From assembly GCF_050320075.1 (NCBI RefSeq), contig NZ_CP190018.1: a stretch of DNA of 64,000 nucleotides. One strand, 5' to 3'. The notes beneath the pieces are model-generated. The model worked only from the letters and a program-made list of their open reading frames with translations. It was not told the origin of the DNA and ran no database searches. The position numbers were made by a program, and so were the translations under genes. The stretch comes from Escherichia coli (GTDB lineage Bacteria; Pseudomonadota; Gammaproteobacteria; Enterobacterales; Enterobacteriaceae). Of the stretch, positions 1 through 10,492 are shown piece after piece. Each line of letters starts with the position of its first letter. Position 1 is the first letter of the stretch.

Positions 1-510
1 ACTGTCTTGATCACCAGTTTCGATGAGCAATCCCAGCGGCGTAACATTATGGCAGCCGCCTGGTCAATGCCGGTGGAGTTTGAACCGCCACGCGTGGCGA
101 TTGTGGTAGATAAATCGACATGGACCAGGGAGTTGATTGAACGTAATGGTAAGTTTGGCATCGTTATCCCGGGTGTTGCAGCAACTAACTGGACGTGGGC
201 GGTGGGAAGTGTGTCGGGGCGTGATGAAGATAAGTTTAATTGCTATGGTATTCCGGTTGTGAAAGGTCCGGTGCTTGGTTTGCCGCTGGTCGAGGAAAAA
301 TGTCTGGCGTGGATGGAGTGTCGCCTGCTACCTGCAACTTCCGCGCAAGAAAAATACGATACGCTATTTGGCGAAGTGGTATCTGCAGCGGCAGACGCAC
401 GAGTATTTGTCGAAGGCCGCTGGCAGTTTGATGATGACAAACTCAATACGTTGCATCATTTAGGTGCTGGCACGTTTGTTACCAGCGGCAAGCGTGTTAC
501 GGCAGGTTAA
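1..510 (+). CDS. yddH: flavin reductase-like protein; 5' end probably lies outside the window (first in-window Met at 7)
   Basis: Frame is open from base 1; flavin-reductase-like sequence; convergent with pptA as at the K-12 pptA-yddH locus. Confidence 0.6.
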   Translation, partial: TVLITSFDEQSQRRNIMAAAWSMPVEFEPPRVAIVVDKSTWTRELIERNGKFGIVIPGVAATNWTWAVGSVSGRDEDKFNCYGIPVVKGPVLGLPLVEEKCLAWMECRLLPATSAQEKYDTLFGEVVSAAADARVFVEGRWQFDDDKLNTLHHLGAGTFVTSGKRVTAG

Positions 511-513
511 GCA

Positions 514-741
514 TTACATGCTGTAACCGGGTTTCTTTATCAAAGCCTCCATTTGGGGCGCGATTTCGGCATCCCAGATAGCTTGCCAAGATTCTGGTTG
601 AATCTGCTGTAGAGAAATGCTTATCGAGCTATCTTTACTGTTCAGATGGCGAATAATAACGTCGGTAATATCTGCAGCAAGTGCTGCTTTTTGTTGTTCG
701 TCCAGTTCACGCGGAAAACATTTAATGTCTATGTGCGGCAT
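514..741 (-). CDS. pptA: 4-oxalocrotonate tautomerase family protein (75 aa, starts Met-Pro)
   Basis: ORF 514..780 trimmed to internal ATG at 739..741, preceded by AAGGAG Shine-Dalgarno; [11 protein letters not shown]-terminus typical of tautomerases. Confidence 0.85.
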   Translation of the reverse strand: MPHIDIKCFPRELDEQQKAALAADITDVIIRHLNSKDSSISISLQQIQPESWQAIWDAEIAPQMEALIKKPGYSM

Positions 742-1046
742 GATTGTGCTCCTTTTGAAAGATGTCAGTAAAATTAACACACGTTGTGAATGTCGTGTGT
801 CCGGTAATGCGTTTTTACGGCAATAATGCCTACTTGAAATTGTACATATTTGTACTACACACTTTTAAATAAAGCGCCAATGAAAACGTTAACTTGCAGA
901 ATATATTCTTCGCCAACATGCCATTAAGAAAACATCAATTTCCCGGCTTGCCAATTTGTTAACGCCCATTATAGTTATTCTTGCCCTCACTAAAAATTTT
1001 CATCCGTAATTACCCCCAATAAAAATCCATTCTGGAGACGCTTAAG

Positions 1047-3023
1047 ATGCAGCTTAATCATATCGTTAAAAGTCTGCTAATAACGGGATTATTCACCACC
1101 AGTTCTTTACCTCTCCTCGCGGCGGAAGCTCCTAAAGACGCCACCGCAGCCACGCAACAAGCAAACAATTTACTCTACAACCAGTTGCCGTTTGCCGATA
1201 ACACTGACTTTACTGATGCCCATAAAGGTTTTATTGCCCCTATCCCTCAAGACGTGATTAAGGGCGAACAAGGGAATGTTATCTGGGATCCACAACATTA
1301 CGCTTTTATCAAAGAAGGCGATAAAGCCCCTGATACGGTGAATCCGAGTTTATGGCGTCAGGCGCAACTGATAAATATCAGCGGGTTATTCGAAGTAACT
1401 GAAGGTGTCTATCAGATTCGCAATCTCGATCTATCAAATATGACCATCATTGAAGGCAAAGAGGGTATTACCGTCGTTGATCCCCTTGTTTCAGCAGAAA
1501 CAGCCAAAGTGGGTATGGATCTCTATTACAAAAATCGCGGCAAAAAACCGGTAGTGGCGGTTATCTATACACACAGTCATGTCGATCACTACGGTGGTGT
1601 TCGTGGCGTAATTGATGAAGCTGACGTTAAATCAGGCAAAGTTAAAATCTATGCGCCAGCCGGATTTTTGGAGGAAGCCGTTTCCGAAAACATCATGGCT
1701 GGCAATGTTATGAGCCGACGAGCCAGTTATATGTATGGCAACTTATTGAAACCTGATGTTAAAGGCCAGGTGGGGGCTGGACTGGGAACGACTACTTCAG
1801 CAGGAACAGTCACGTTGATTGCTCCTACTAACTACATCACCAAAACCGGACAAATAGAAACTATTGACGGGTTGACTTATGATTTCCTGATGGCGCCAGG
1901 TTCTGAAGCGCCTTCTGAAATGCTGTGGTTTATTGAAGAAAAGAAACTGATCGAAACCGCTGAAGATGTCACGCACACCCTTCATAACACCTATTCGCTG
2001 CGTGGGGCTAAAATTCGCCAACCGCTGCCGTGGTCAAAATATATTAATGAAGCTCTCAATTTGTGGGGTGATAAAGCCGAGATTATTCTCGCTCAACATC
2101 ACTGGCCAACCTGGGGCAACGATAACGTGGTCAAACTGCTTAAAAGCCAGCGTGATTTGTATCGTTACATCAATGATCAAACTCTGCGCATGGCTAATCA
2201 AGGGATGACCCGTGATGAAATTGCCGCAAACTTTAAACTGCCCTCTTCACTGGCTAACACCTGGGCGAATCGCGGCTATTACGGTTCGGTAAGTCATGAC
2301 GTGAAAGCAACTTACGTGCTTTATCTCGGCTGGTTTGATGGTAACCCCGCGACGCTTGATGAACTGCCGCCAGAAGAAGGCGCAAAAAAATTCGTCGAGT
2401 ATATGGGCGGTGCTGATGCCATTTTACAGAAAGCCACACAGGATTATGACCAGGGTAATTTCCGCTGGGTTGCCCAAGTTGTTAGTAAGGTGGTGTTTGC
2501 CGATCCAAACAACCAGGCAGCGAGAGATCTGGAAGCTGATGCGCTTGAGCAGTTAGGCTATCAGGCTGAATCTGGGCCGTGGCGTAATTTCTATCTCACT
2601 GGTGCACAGGAATTGCGTAATGGCGTACAAAAATTACCAACACCAAATACTGCCAGCCCAGACACCGTGCGTGCGATGACGCCGGAGATGTTCTTTGATT
2701 ATCTTGCCGTCCATATTAATGGTGAGAAAGCGGCAGATGCCAAAACCGTGTTGAATTTCGATTTTGGTGAAGATGGCGGCACCTATAAAGTGGAGCTTGA
2801 AAATGGTGTTCTCAATCATACCGCTGGTGTAGAGGCTTCGGATGCTGATGCCACTATCACTCTGTCTCGTGATGTATTGAACAAAATTGTACTGAAAGAA
2901 GAGACGCTGAAAGAAGCCACGGCCAAAGGAGATGTCAAAATTACTGGCAATGAGGAAAAACTCAACGAGCTGTTAGGTTATATGGATAATTTTGAATTTT
3001 GGTTCAATATAGTGACACCATAA
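1047..3023 (+). CDS. alkyl/aryl-sulfatase, metallo-beta-lactamase fold (YjcS/BDS1-like), with N-terminal signal peptide
   Basis: 658 aa; signal peptide MQLNHIVKSLLITGLFTTSSLPLLAAEA; HSHVDHYGG metal-binding motif; GGAG Shine-Dalgarno upstream. Confidence 0.8.
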   Translation: MQLNHIVKSLLITGLFTTSSLPLLAAEAPKDATAATQQANNLLYNQLPFADNTDFTDAHKGFIAPIPQDVIKGEQGNVIWDPQHYAFIKEGDKAPDTVNPSLWRQAQLINISGLFEVTEGVYQIRNLDLSNMTIIEGKEGITVVDPLVSAETAKVGMDLYYKNRGKKPVVAVIYTHSHVDHYGGVRGVIDEADVKSGKVKIYAPAGFLEEAVSENIMAGNVMSRRASYMYGNLLKPDVKGQVGAGLGTTTSAGTVTLIAPTNYITKTGQIETIDGLTYDFLMAPGSEAPSEMLWFIEEKKLIETAEDVTHTLHNTYSLRGAKIRQPLPWSKYINEALNLWGDKAEIILAQHHWPTWGNDNVVKLLKSQRDLYRYINDQTLRMANQGMTRDEIAANFKLPSSLANTWANRGYYGSVSHDVKATYVLYLGWFDGNPATLDELPPEEGAKKFVEYMGGADAILQKATQDYDQGNFRWVAQVVSKVVFADPNNQAARDLEADALEQLGYQAESGPWRNFYLTGAQELRNGVQKLPTPNTASPDTVRAMTPEMFFDYLAVHINGEKAADAKTVLNFDFGEDGGTYKVELENGVLNHTAGVEASDADATITLSRDVLNKIVLKEETLKEATAKGDVKITGNEEKLNELLGYMDNFEFWFNIVTP

Positions 3024-3035
3024 ATTTACTGCATA

Positions 3036-3062
3036 CCGGGCAGGTATCCTGCCCTTTTTTGG
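3036..3062 (+). terminator. rho-independent terminator after the sulfatase gene
   Basis: GC hairpin GGGCAGG-TATC-CTGCCC followed by a T run. Confidence 0.5.
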
Positions 3063-3069
3063 TTAAAAA

Positions 3070-4167
3070 ATGGCTGAACGAAGAAAAACTCATCACTCAT
3101 GGAAAACCCGCCGCGATATGGTTATTCGCGGCATGACGATTAGTTTGCCATGGTTTGCTTTTATCAATGTCAGTTTTGCATTGATAATTTTGCTGCGCCG
3201 TGTTCTGTTTAATGACCTTACTCCACCCTGGTTAAATGAAAAAAGCCTTATACATTCTATTGATATATCTGCAACGGGTATTCTGCTGATTTGCAGTGGT
3301 TTACTACTCATCCCTCGGCAAAAAACATTACCTATCCAGGTGCTATTAGTTGCCCTGAGCCTGCTATGGTCATGGTGTAGTTATCACTTTATTGCGTACT
3401 GGACGCTGCAGTTTGCTTATCCACTATGTGTATTATTAATGCTTAGTGGCGTTGTCGCACTTTATTTCCATACCCCATCATTGCTCGCATTTGTCATTCC
3501 CTTATGGTTCACCACTCCAATAGCGAGTCTTATGCTTAATCAACAGATCAATATTCATTTTGCTGTTGTATGGTGTATTTTTTCACTGGCGCTATATGGT
3601 GGGCGACTCATTTTGTTACGTTGGTTTGAAGAAGCATGGGTACAAAACAGTTATAACAACCAGTTAATTAATCGCCTTGATGCATTAGCACATCGTGATC
3701 CTTTAACTGGGATAGCAAACCGACGTGCAATGAACAGTATCTTACACGACGCGATGGATAACGGCGGGTCATTTGCTCTTATTATGCTGGATGTCGATTT
3801 TTTTAAACGTTACAACGACACTTACGGGCATCCTGCTGGGGATCGTTGTCTAATACAAGTTGCCGACGCTCTACAGCGTTCAACTCGCCAGTCGGAGGAT
3901 GTTGTTGTCCGTTATGGTGGCGAAGAGTTTGCCATCATACTTTTTAATGCAACATTGCCGGAAGCAGAGACGGTAGCAGCCAGAGTGAAGCAAGAACTTA
4001 AACTGGCAGCTATCCCACATCAGGCATCTGCTGTTAATGCATTTGTTACGGTTAGTCAGGGGATTACCTGTTCTGCTCCCGCAAAAACGGCTGAACAAAT
4101 TATTTCAGATGCCGACGCTGCGTTATACCGGGCGAAAGAAAGTGGGCGAAATCGATGGGCTTTATAA
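3070..4167 (+). CDS. membrane-anchored diguanylate cyclase (GGDEF domain, GGEEF active-site motif); start codon uncertain
   Basis: Hydrophobic multi-helix N-terminal half; C-terminal GGDEF domain with RYGGEEF and DxLTG-like motifs. Confidence 0.8.
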   Translation: MAERRKTHHSWKTRRDMVIRGMTISLPWFAFINVSFALIILLRRVLFNDLTPPWLNEKSLIHSIDISATGILLICSGLLLIPRQKTLPIQVLLVALSLLWSWCSYHFIAYWTLQFAYPLCVLLMLSGVVALYFHTPSLLAFVIPLWFTTPIASLMLNQQINIHFAVVWCIFSLALYGGRLILLRWFEEAWVQNSYNNQLINRLDALAHRDPLTGIANRRAMNSILHDAMDNGGSFALIMLDVDFFKRYNDTYGHPAGDRCLIQVADALQRSTRQSEDVVVRYGGEEFAIILFNATLPEAETVAARVKQELKLAAIPHQASAVNAFVTVSQGITCSAPAKTAEQIISDADAALYRAKESGRNRWAL

Positions 4168-4240
4168 GCATTAGGGGACTGGACAGATTACGTCTCTCCT
4201 CGCTTAACAAGGGCTGACGGAGGGTAATAATTGTCTATAG

Positions 4241-4792
4241 CTATCTTCTTAGCGATGTCTTTCTGGTATCACATTGGATCGGTGCAATTATTTTTCCTTT
4301 AATACCCATTATGTTAAGAAATTCAGAAACAGCTGTAATCTCATTGTTTTTTTCATTCGTCTTGATCTTCCAAGGAATCTGACTGTGCATTATTGAGAAC
4401 ACACTAATAACGTGAATCGCTCCCTTGCGACGACTCTTGTCATAAGAGTACCGGAGCGTTTTTCCATCAATTGCAATGACGTCTTTATCATCTGAAGAAT
4501 GGCAGTCAAGCATCCAGTTAATAAAGCACTCATAAAATTTTTCAGGACTGATACAGGATACAACTCTGGCAATGGTATCGTGAACAGGAATACCATTATC
4601 AAAATCACCATATTGCTTCAAAAAATCGAGATGTGTTTCCCCAAAATCCTCTATATCTTCCCAGCCTTCTGCACCCGAAATAACGGCACAAATAGTCAAC
4701 AGTAGAATATCCGATAATTTATGTTCCACTTTCCAGGCTTGTCTGTAATCGGGGATAATAGAAATATGTCCCATCAATTTTTTAAGTTCCAT
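4241..4792 (-). pseudogene. H-repeat-associated (ISAs1-family transposase-like) gene remnant, N-terminal ~183 codons only
   Basis: Aligns to the first half of the 378-codon H-rpt frame at 10493..11629, then diverges and stops. Confidence 0.7.
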
Positions 4793-4939
4793 TTTGTTCT
4801 CCTTAATTATGTAAGGAGTATTTGATCATGTATACGCAATAAAAAACAGCTTCAGGTAATGAGGAATATCTCAATTGTTAAACATAAAATGCGAATTGTC
4901 TAGTACAAAAAAGCAGCGTTACGTGATCTTTCCGTGGAT

Positions 4940-5065
4940 CGTCAAATTGTTCGAGAGAAAATACCAACATGATGGATTTTACTGTAAAAGTAATGTCGTA
5001 GTTTAAAAACTCATCATCCGGTAAAGCCTTGTGGGGCGTGGGCTTTCATACTTTTACCCTGATGT
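4940..5065 (-). repeat. H-rpt element upstream-end repeat, copy A
   Basis: About 120 bp closely similar to 11680..11810, each just upstream of an H-rpt reading frame. Confidence 0.6.
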
Positions 5066-5377
5066 CTGCTATACGCCGGACACCCTTTACGTAGCATTCG
5101 GAATTCACCCGTAAATTTATCACGGCGGTATCACGAAACCTCCGGTTCTGATGCCGCTTAGGACTAACGACACGTCAACACAGGTTCGGGTTTATTCATT
5201 TCACTGTATCTCATATAATCTGAGCACTCCCCCTGCGCTCGCTACTATGACTCTTTACCACAGCAACCGGGGTTGTTTGGGATCGGCTTTCAACAGCAGA
5301 TCCCGGTGGCTATTGCAAGTAAGTCTACTTTCCACATCAGTGTTACTGACACAGAAAATAATGAGTTATGATCCTTG

Positions 5378-5863
5378 TCATATTTTTAATATAGCCCCAT
5401 GAGCTATAGGATCAAAACCTTCTAACCATGAGGTGTTTTTATCGAATAATGCATCTGTTATATTTATATCGCCATATCTATCACATAATAAATTAGCGCC
5501 ACATAAGTCAGCACCAGAAAAATTTGAATCTTTAACGTCTGCATTGCAAAAGGTTGAATTAGTTAATATAGCACCCTCAAAGTTTGCACCTATTGACCTT
5601 GAATTACTAAAGTCACTTCCAGTGAAATCTGAGTTATTAAGAATAGCGTTCATCAGAGCCGCATTGCGAAAGACAGCATTTCTAGTTGATGTATGTTGAA
5701 TCATTACATTTCTTAAATGGGAATTTTCAAATTTCGCCCCATCAAGACAATAACCATTGAGGATGGCACGATGTAGATCCATCCCGCTAAAATCATATCC
5801 AGCAAGAGTGGTACTATCTATATCAAGAAATTTATTGGTTATTAAAAACGCGATTCTTATCAT
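5378..5863 (-). CDS. pentapeptide-repeat protein, putative immunity protein for the adjacent Rhs C-terminal toxin
   Basis: 161 aa with tandem A(D/N)LxG/F-type pentapeptide repeats; its start overlaps the Rhs stop by 4 bp (ATGA); AT-rich. Confidence 0.75.
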   Translation of the reverse strand: MIRIAFLITNKFLDIDSTTLAGYDFSGMDLHRAILNGYCLDGAKFENSHLRNVMIQHTSTRNAVFRNAALMNAILNNSDFTGSDFSNSRSIGANFEGAILTNSTFCNADVKDSNFSGADLCGANLLCDRYGDINITDALFDKNTSWLEGFDPIAHGAILKI

Positions 5864-8800
5864 CTATTCCCCCAATCATCTAACTCCGGAAAAATTTGGC
5901 TAAACGGATATAGTGGTGCCGATAATGGACGCGTACCTGGCCGCTCAGGAGGAAGTTTATCACATAACAGACCCGCAACCATCCTGTGATTACCATTAAC
6001 AATCACATTCCCATCCATATCAACCGGTGGTGCTCCACTACCATCTTCCAGCATTTGTACGTAGTGAGCTACTACGGGTACTGAGACTTTTTGTTGTACT
6101 GTCAACAAGGGACTGTTGGCCACAACCATCCTGATGTTTTCAGGTGTCGTAGGTAAACATTTAGTCTTCTCTTGACTAAAGGTATCATCCCACAATTTTG
6201 TTAAACCCATCACTGCCTGTTGTCTGTATTTATCCATGGGGTCAGCAATCAACCAAGATGGACCTGACTGCTCTATGGAATCTTCTCCGGAGAGACCCAA
6301 CGGATCTATCTTAGTAGTTGGATTCAATGGATACTGATACAGGTTCCATGCACCTCTTAGCCCAATGGGATCCTGGGTGATATACCGCCCCTGCAACGGG
6401 TCATAGTACCGGTTGCGGTTATAGTACAGCCCCGACTCCTCATCATACTGCTGCCCCGGCAGACGGTACGGCTGTTGCAGTTGCTGCGCGCTGGTTTCGC
6501 CCAGCAGGTTTCCCCACTCGTCATACTCCCCCTGCCACGCCGTTTCCCCTTCCGGGCTGATGAGCGCCTGCGGCAGCCCCCGGTGGTCGCAGTGGTAAAG
6601 ATGAAGTGTCCTCTCCGGGATGTATTCCGCCTCCATCTGGTTTTTCATCTGTTCCGCCGTCAGCCCGCACTGCTGAAGCCATGCCTCACTCTCCGCACTC
6701 ACCGCACCCGCGCGCAGTTCCCGCTCCAGCCTCCCCAGCATCACCGACAGCTCCGCCGGTAGCGTCACCCCCGTGTCCTCCTGCAACACCTCCGCCAGAC
6801 TCCGGTGCCGCGCCTTCGCCTGTTCACCATTCTCTGTTTCGATTCTGATGAGCGGCGTGAAGCTCCCCGGCTGGTATACCGTCTGGATACGCGTGGTGCC
6901 GGTCTGTACCGTCGTCAGCCTGTCACCGTCCCACCCGTACCAGGTCTCCTCCGGTTTACGCGACAGCGACATCCACCCCGTCAGGTCACGCTCCCGCCGC
7001 CACACCCGTTTCCCCGTCCGGCGGCCCAGCGGGTCATAGAGGTAGCGGCTCTCCACCTGTGGCTCGCCGTGCTGTATCCGCGTGTAGAACACCAGGCGGT
7101 GCTGGCTGTCGTAATGGTAGTGGTGCGTCCGCTCGTCGTGCATCCGTATCACCCCTTCCGGGATACGGTCCGTCTTCTCCGCCAGCCTGCCGTATTCATC
7201 GTAGCGGTAGACATAGTGCGCATCTTCCGTGATGCGGTTATCCGGCCACGCCGTGAAGGTGCTGTCCGGGTGCAGTTCCGGGTCCGGCAGCCGGTTTCCT
7301 GCCGGGTCCGTCGCATACGGGATATCGATATCCAGGTTCGCCGCCGTGGTGTGAACGCCCGTCAGTCTTCCCGTGTCGCTGTAACGGTACTTCCGGCTCT
7401 CCTGCGGGCCGCTGATGCGCACCAGTTGCCCGTTATCGTTCCACGTATACTCACGGTCAAGCTGCGGAAGGTTCAGGTGCCTGCTCCGGAGCTGCCCTGT
7501 GAGGGTGTACGCCGTGGCCTGTTCGTACCCCGCTGTACTGCCCGCCCCGCCGAAGCTGCGGGCCGTCTCACGGTGCAGCCGGTCCCGCGTGTACTCGACC
7601 AGCGGCGTTCCGCCCAGCTTCATCCCCGCAAGATAACCGCTGCCATACGTCAGCCACTCCACCGGCGGCAGACCGTCCGGCTCCTGACGGGTCGCCAGCC
7701 CCTGTTCGCTGTAGACGTGCCTCGTCTCATGCTCCCACAGCATCTCCCCCGTCTCCTGGTTCTCCACCGTCTGCCGTTCGCCCGTCAGGCGGCCTTTATC
7801 GTCATAGCCGTAGTGGACCGCCACACGGTGGCCTTCGCTCAGGTGGCTGATTTCTGTCAGCCAGCCGTGGTCGTCATACTGCCACTGCTCCGCCGGGTCG
7901 CCGTTCACCGTCCGGTGCGTGATGCGCCCGGCGTCATCGTAGTACCACTGCGTGACCTGCCCCTCATCCTCGCTGCGGATGAGCTGCCCTGTGGCGCTGT
8001 ACCGGTAACGCTGTGTCCTGCCGTCAAAGCCGCGCTGCTCCGTCAGCCTGTCCACCGGGTCATACCGGAACGTGGACTGGCTGCCGTTCTCGTTGGTCAG
8101 CACGGTGATGCGCCCGGCGGCGTCATACTCCATGCTGCGCGTCAGTCCGCCCTGCGTGGTGCTGACGGCCTTTCCCCACGCATCATACTGTGTCTCACTC
8201 CGGCTGCCGTTCGGGGCAATGATAGCGGTGAGGTCGCCTGCGGCGCTGTACTCATAACGGGTTTCACGTCCCTGCGCATCCTTCTGACTGACCAGTTGAC
8301 CACGCGGGTTATAACTGCTGTAAGTGCTGATGCCTTCCTCCCGGTGAACCGCCGTCCTCTGACCGTACCGGTCGTATTCATACCGCGTCGTGTACCCTGA
8401 ACAGTCCGTAAATGCCTGAAGCTGACCGTACCGGTTTCGCGTTATTCTCCGCCTCACCCCGGTTCCGTCTTCCACCGCACAGGGCAGGCCACTGCGGGAA
8501 GAATCATAAAACCAGCGCGTAATGTTACCGTTGCGCGAGACCTCTTCCGCCAGCCTGCCCTGACGGTCATATTTCCGGCTGCGGCGCAGCCCGTCCGGGT
8601 ACGTCACTGACGTCAGTTGCAACTGGTTGTTGTAACCATACCGTACCGTCCTGCCGTCCGGCAGTATCACTGAAGTCAGCTTTCCCGACGCCATATGCAG
8701 CCGGTACTCCGTCCGCCGTCCCGCCGCATCCGTCTGCGCCTTCAGCCTCCCCGCCTCATCATACTCGCTGCGGGTGATGCTCCCGTCCCCATACTCCTTC

Positions 8801-10071
8801 TTCACCACCCGCTTCAGGCCGCCCTCGCCCTCCGTGTACAGCACCTCCCGCCGGTTCAGGCTGTCCGTGATGGTCACGCGGTCCTGCCCGTACTCAAAGC
8901 GGTAGTCCAGCCCCTCCGGGTTGACCTGCTCCGTCACCCGACCGGTATCATCATACCGGTAGCGGCTCTCCGGCCTCCCCGCATAATGGTGCGCCACCAT
9001 CCGCCCGGCGTGCTCCGCATCATAAGTAAACCCGCGCACCTGCGTCCCGCTGCGGTCATACACCGCCCGCAGTTCTCCGCTGGCCGTGTACGTGTAGCGC
9101 GCCAGCGGCGCAGTCGGCAGTTCATCCGGGTATGCCGGGTCGTGTGTCAGCCATACCGCCTCCAGCCGGATACCGTTATCGGCACCGTACTCTGTACCGG
9201 TGGGCAGCGTGTCGGGGAAAAACTGAGAAGAGGAAACAGAACGGGGACTGGCCGGAGAAGATAAAGAAGACTCGCGCTGTTTACGGAAGGCTTTCGCCCG
9301 CTGCGCCTGTGTGGTCAGCGCCAGATGAAAACGGCGGCCCGCGCCGTCCGTCACCCCCGTCACCGCGCCCGCCGCTTCCCCCTCTGCCGCCCGGTGGAAG
9401 GCCAGCGTCCGCCCGAAGCCGTCCACCACGCCCGTCAGCACCCGGTATGCGGGCGGCTCCGGCGGCAGCACCTCGTCCGCCTCCGGCACCCGCTCCGGCC
9501 AGCCGAGTATCCACCACGGCCCCTGAAGGCTGTTTGTCGCCAGGTACACATGCGGGCTTAAGCGGAGACTCTCCGGCAGCACCTGCCAGAGCGCGCTTAG
9601 CGGCTGCGAACTGTGCTGCTCCGCCACCCCGCCCCTTGCCAGCCAGAACGACTCGCTGCGGCTGTAGCTTATCTCGCCGGGAAACAGCGGCTCAAAGTGA
9701 ATGCTCCTGCCGCCACTGTCGTTGAGTATCAGTTCCCGCTCATGAACCTGTAAGCGGATATCGAAGGGCGCTTTCCAGCCGGGACCAAACACCCCCACCG
9801 GCGCGGGTGTCCTGGTCCGGTAGCTGCTGTAGGCGCGGGAAAGAATAAACGGCAACGGGCCGGGCAGCGCAAGATCCGTCTCGCCCGGCAGCACCTTCGC
9901 ACCCAGTAGCGGGTTCACCGGGTTACCCTTCTGCTCCTCCACCGGGCTGTTGGGACACACCGAGCAGGCCACTCCCGTCGGCGCACCTATCAGCACCCCC
10001 GCTGAACCCTGCACAATATCCAGTCCCTTGCGGGTCATATCGCCCTGTCGCGCCGCCGGTTTTCCGCTCAT
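5860..10071 (-). CDS. full-length Rhs family protein: PAAR-like N-terminus, YD-repeat core, DPLGL boundary, variable C-terminal toxin domain
   Basis: 1403 aa; conserved Rhs N-terminus [13 protein letters not shown]; many YD/RYxYD repeats; PxxxxDPLGL motif; GC-rich core. Confidence 0.9.
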   Translation of the reverse strand: MSGKPAARQGDMTRKGLDIVQGSAGVLIGAPTGVACSVCPNSPVEEQKGNPVNPLLGAKVLPGETDLALPGPLPFILSRAYSSYRTRTPAPVGVFGPGWKAPFDIRLQVHERELILNDSGGRSIHFEPLFPGEISYSRSESFWLARGGVAEQHSSQPLSALWQVLPESLRLSPHVYLATNSLQGPWWILGWPERVPEADEVLPPEPPAYRVLTGVVDGFGRTLAFHRAAEGEAAGAVTGVTDGAGRRFHLALTTQAQRAKAFRKQRESSLSSPASPRSVSSSQFFPDTLPTGTEYGADNGIRLEAVWLTHDPAYPDELPTAPLARYTYTASGELRAVYDRSGTQVRGFTYDAEHAGRMVAHHYAGRPESRYRYDDTGRVTEQVNPEGLDYRFEYGQDRVTITDSLNRREVLYTEGEGGLKRVVKKEYGDGSITRSEYDEAGRLKAQTDAAGRRTEYRLHMASGKLTSVILPDGRTVRYGYNNQLQLTSVTYPDGLRRSRKYDRQGRLAEEVSRNGNITRWFYDSSRSGLPCAVEDGTGVRRRITRNRYGQLQAFTDCSGYTTRYEYDRYGQRTAVHREEGISTYSSYNPRGQLVSQKDAQGRETRYEYSAAGDLTAIIAPNGSRSETQYDAWGKAVSTTQGGLTRSMEYDAAGRITVLTNENGSQSTFRYDPVDRLTEQRGFDGRTQRYRYSATGQLIRSEDEGQVTQWYYDDAGRITHRTVNGDPAEQWQYDDHGWLTEISHLSEGHRVAVHYGYDDKGRLTGERQTVENQETGEMLWEHETRHVYSEQGLATRQEPDGLPPVEWLTYGSGYLAGMKLGGTPLVEYTRDRLHRETARSFGGAGSTAGYEQATAYTLTGQLRSRHLNLPQLDREYTWNDNGQLVRISGPQESRKYRYSDTGRLTGVHTTAANLDIDIPYATDPAGNRLPDPELHPDSTFTAWPDNRITEDAHYVYRYDEYGRLAEKTDRIPEGVIRMHDERTHHYHYDSQHRLVFYTRIQHGEPQVESRYLYDPLGRRTGKRVWRRERDLTGWMSLSRKPEETWYGWDGDRLTTVQTGTTRIQTVYQPGSFTPLIRIETENGEQAKARHRSLAEVLQEDTGVTLPAELSVMLGRLERELRAGAVSAESEAWLQQCGLTAEQMKNQMEAEYIPERTLHLYHCDHRGLPQALISPEGETAWQGEYDEWGNLLGETSAQQLQQPYRLPGQQYDEESGLYYNRNRYYDPLQGRYITQDPIGLRGAWNLYQYPLNPTTKIDPLGLSGEDSIEQSGPSWLIADPMDKYRQQAVMGLTKLWDDTFSQEKTKCLPTTPENIRMVVANSPLLTVQQKVSVPVVAHYVQMLEDGSGAPPVDMDGNVIVNGNHRMVAGLLCDKLPPERPGTRPLSAPLYPFSQIFPELDDWGNR
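5863..6291 (-). other. Rhs C-terminal variable toxin domain (~143 aa after DPLGL), family not recognised
   Basis: Sequence after the DPLGL motif is unrelated to the conserved core and lower in GC. Confidence 0.6.
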
Positions 10072-10492
10072 GGTTTATTCCTTAAATTATTTATGGTTTT
10101 ATTCTGAGTGCAATCCATACTGATTCATAACCAGTGAATAAGATTTCCCCGAATAATCTATATAAATTAGCGAAGTCCTCTTCACTAATTAACCGTAAAA
10201 TCCCGTACCAATGAAATATAAAAATAACCACCCACACAAATTTATTGCAAATATTATTTATTATTGTATATACATCATTCACTGAACGTTCTCAAACTGC
10301 ATACCTTAGAACCATCAATTAAAGCCACAACAAAAAAAATCGATTACTTTATGTCGCATGACAAATATGAATTACATATTAATCAACCTTAAAAACAATC
10401 ATCTCTTATAATTAACAGCATACCATGAGAAACACAAAATCAATTTACCATGCATACCAGGAGCATAATTAACCTCTCACCGCAGGGCGAAA

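Noticed and set aside
6805-8400. 531-aa plus-strand ORF, and several other long ORFs (for example 8695..9264, 9132..9725), inside the Rhs gene
   Set aside because: They are antisense or out of frame within the GC-rich Rhs core and translate to low-complexity Arg/Pro/Ala-rich sequence; this is the usual artefact of high GC, not coding.
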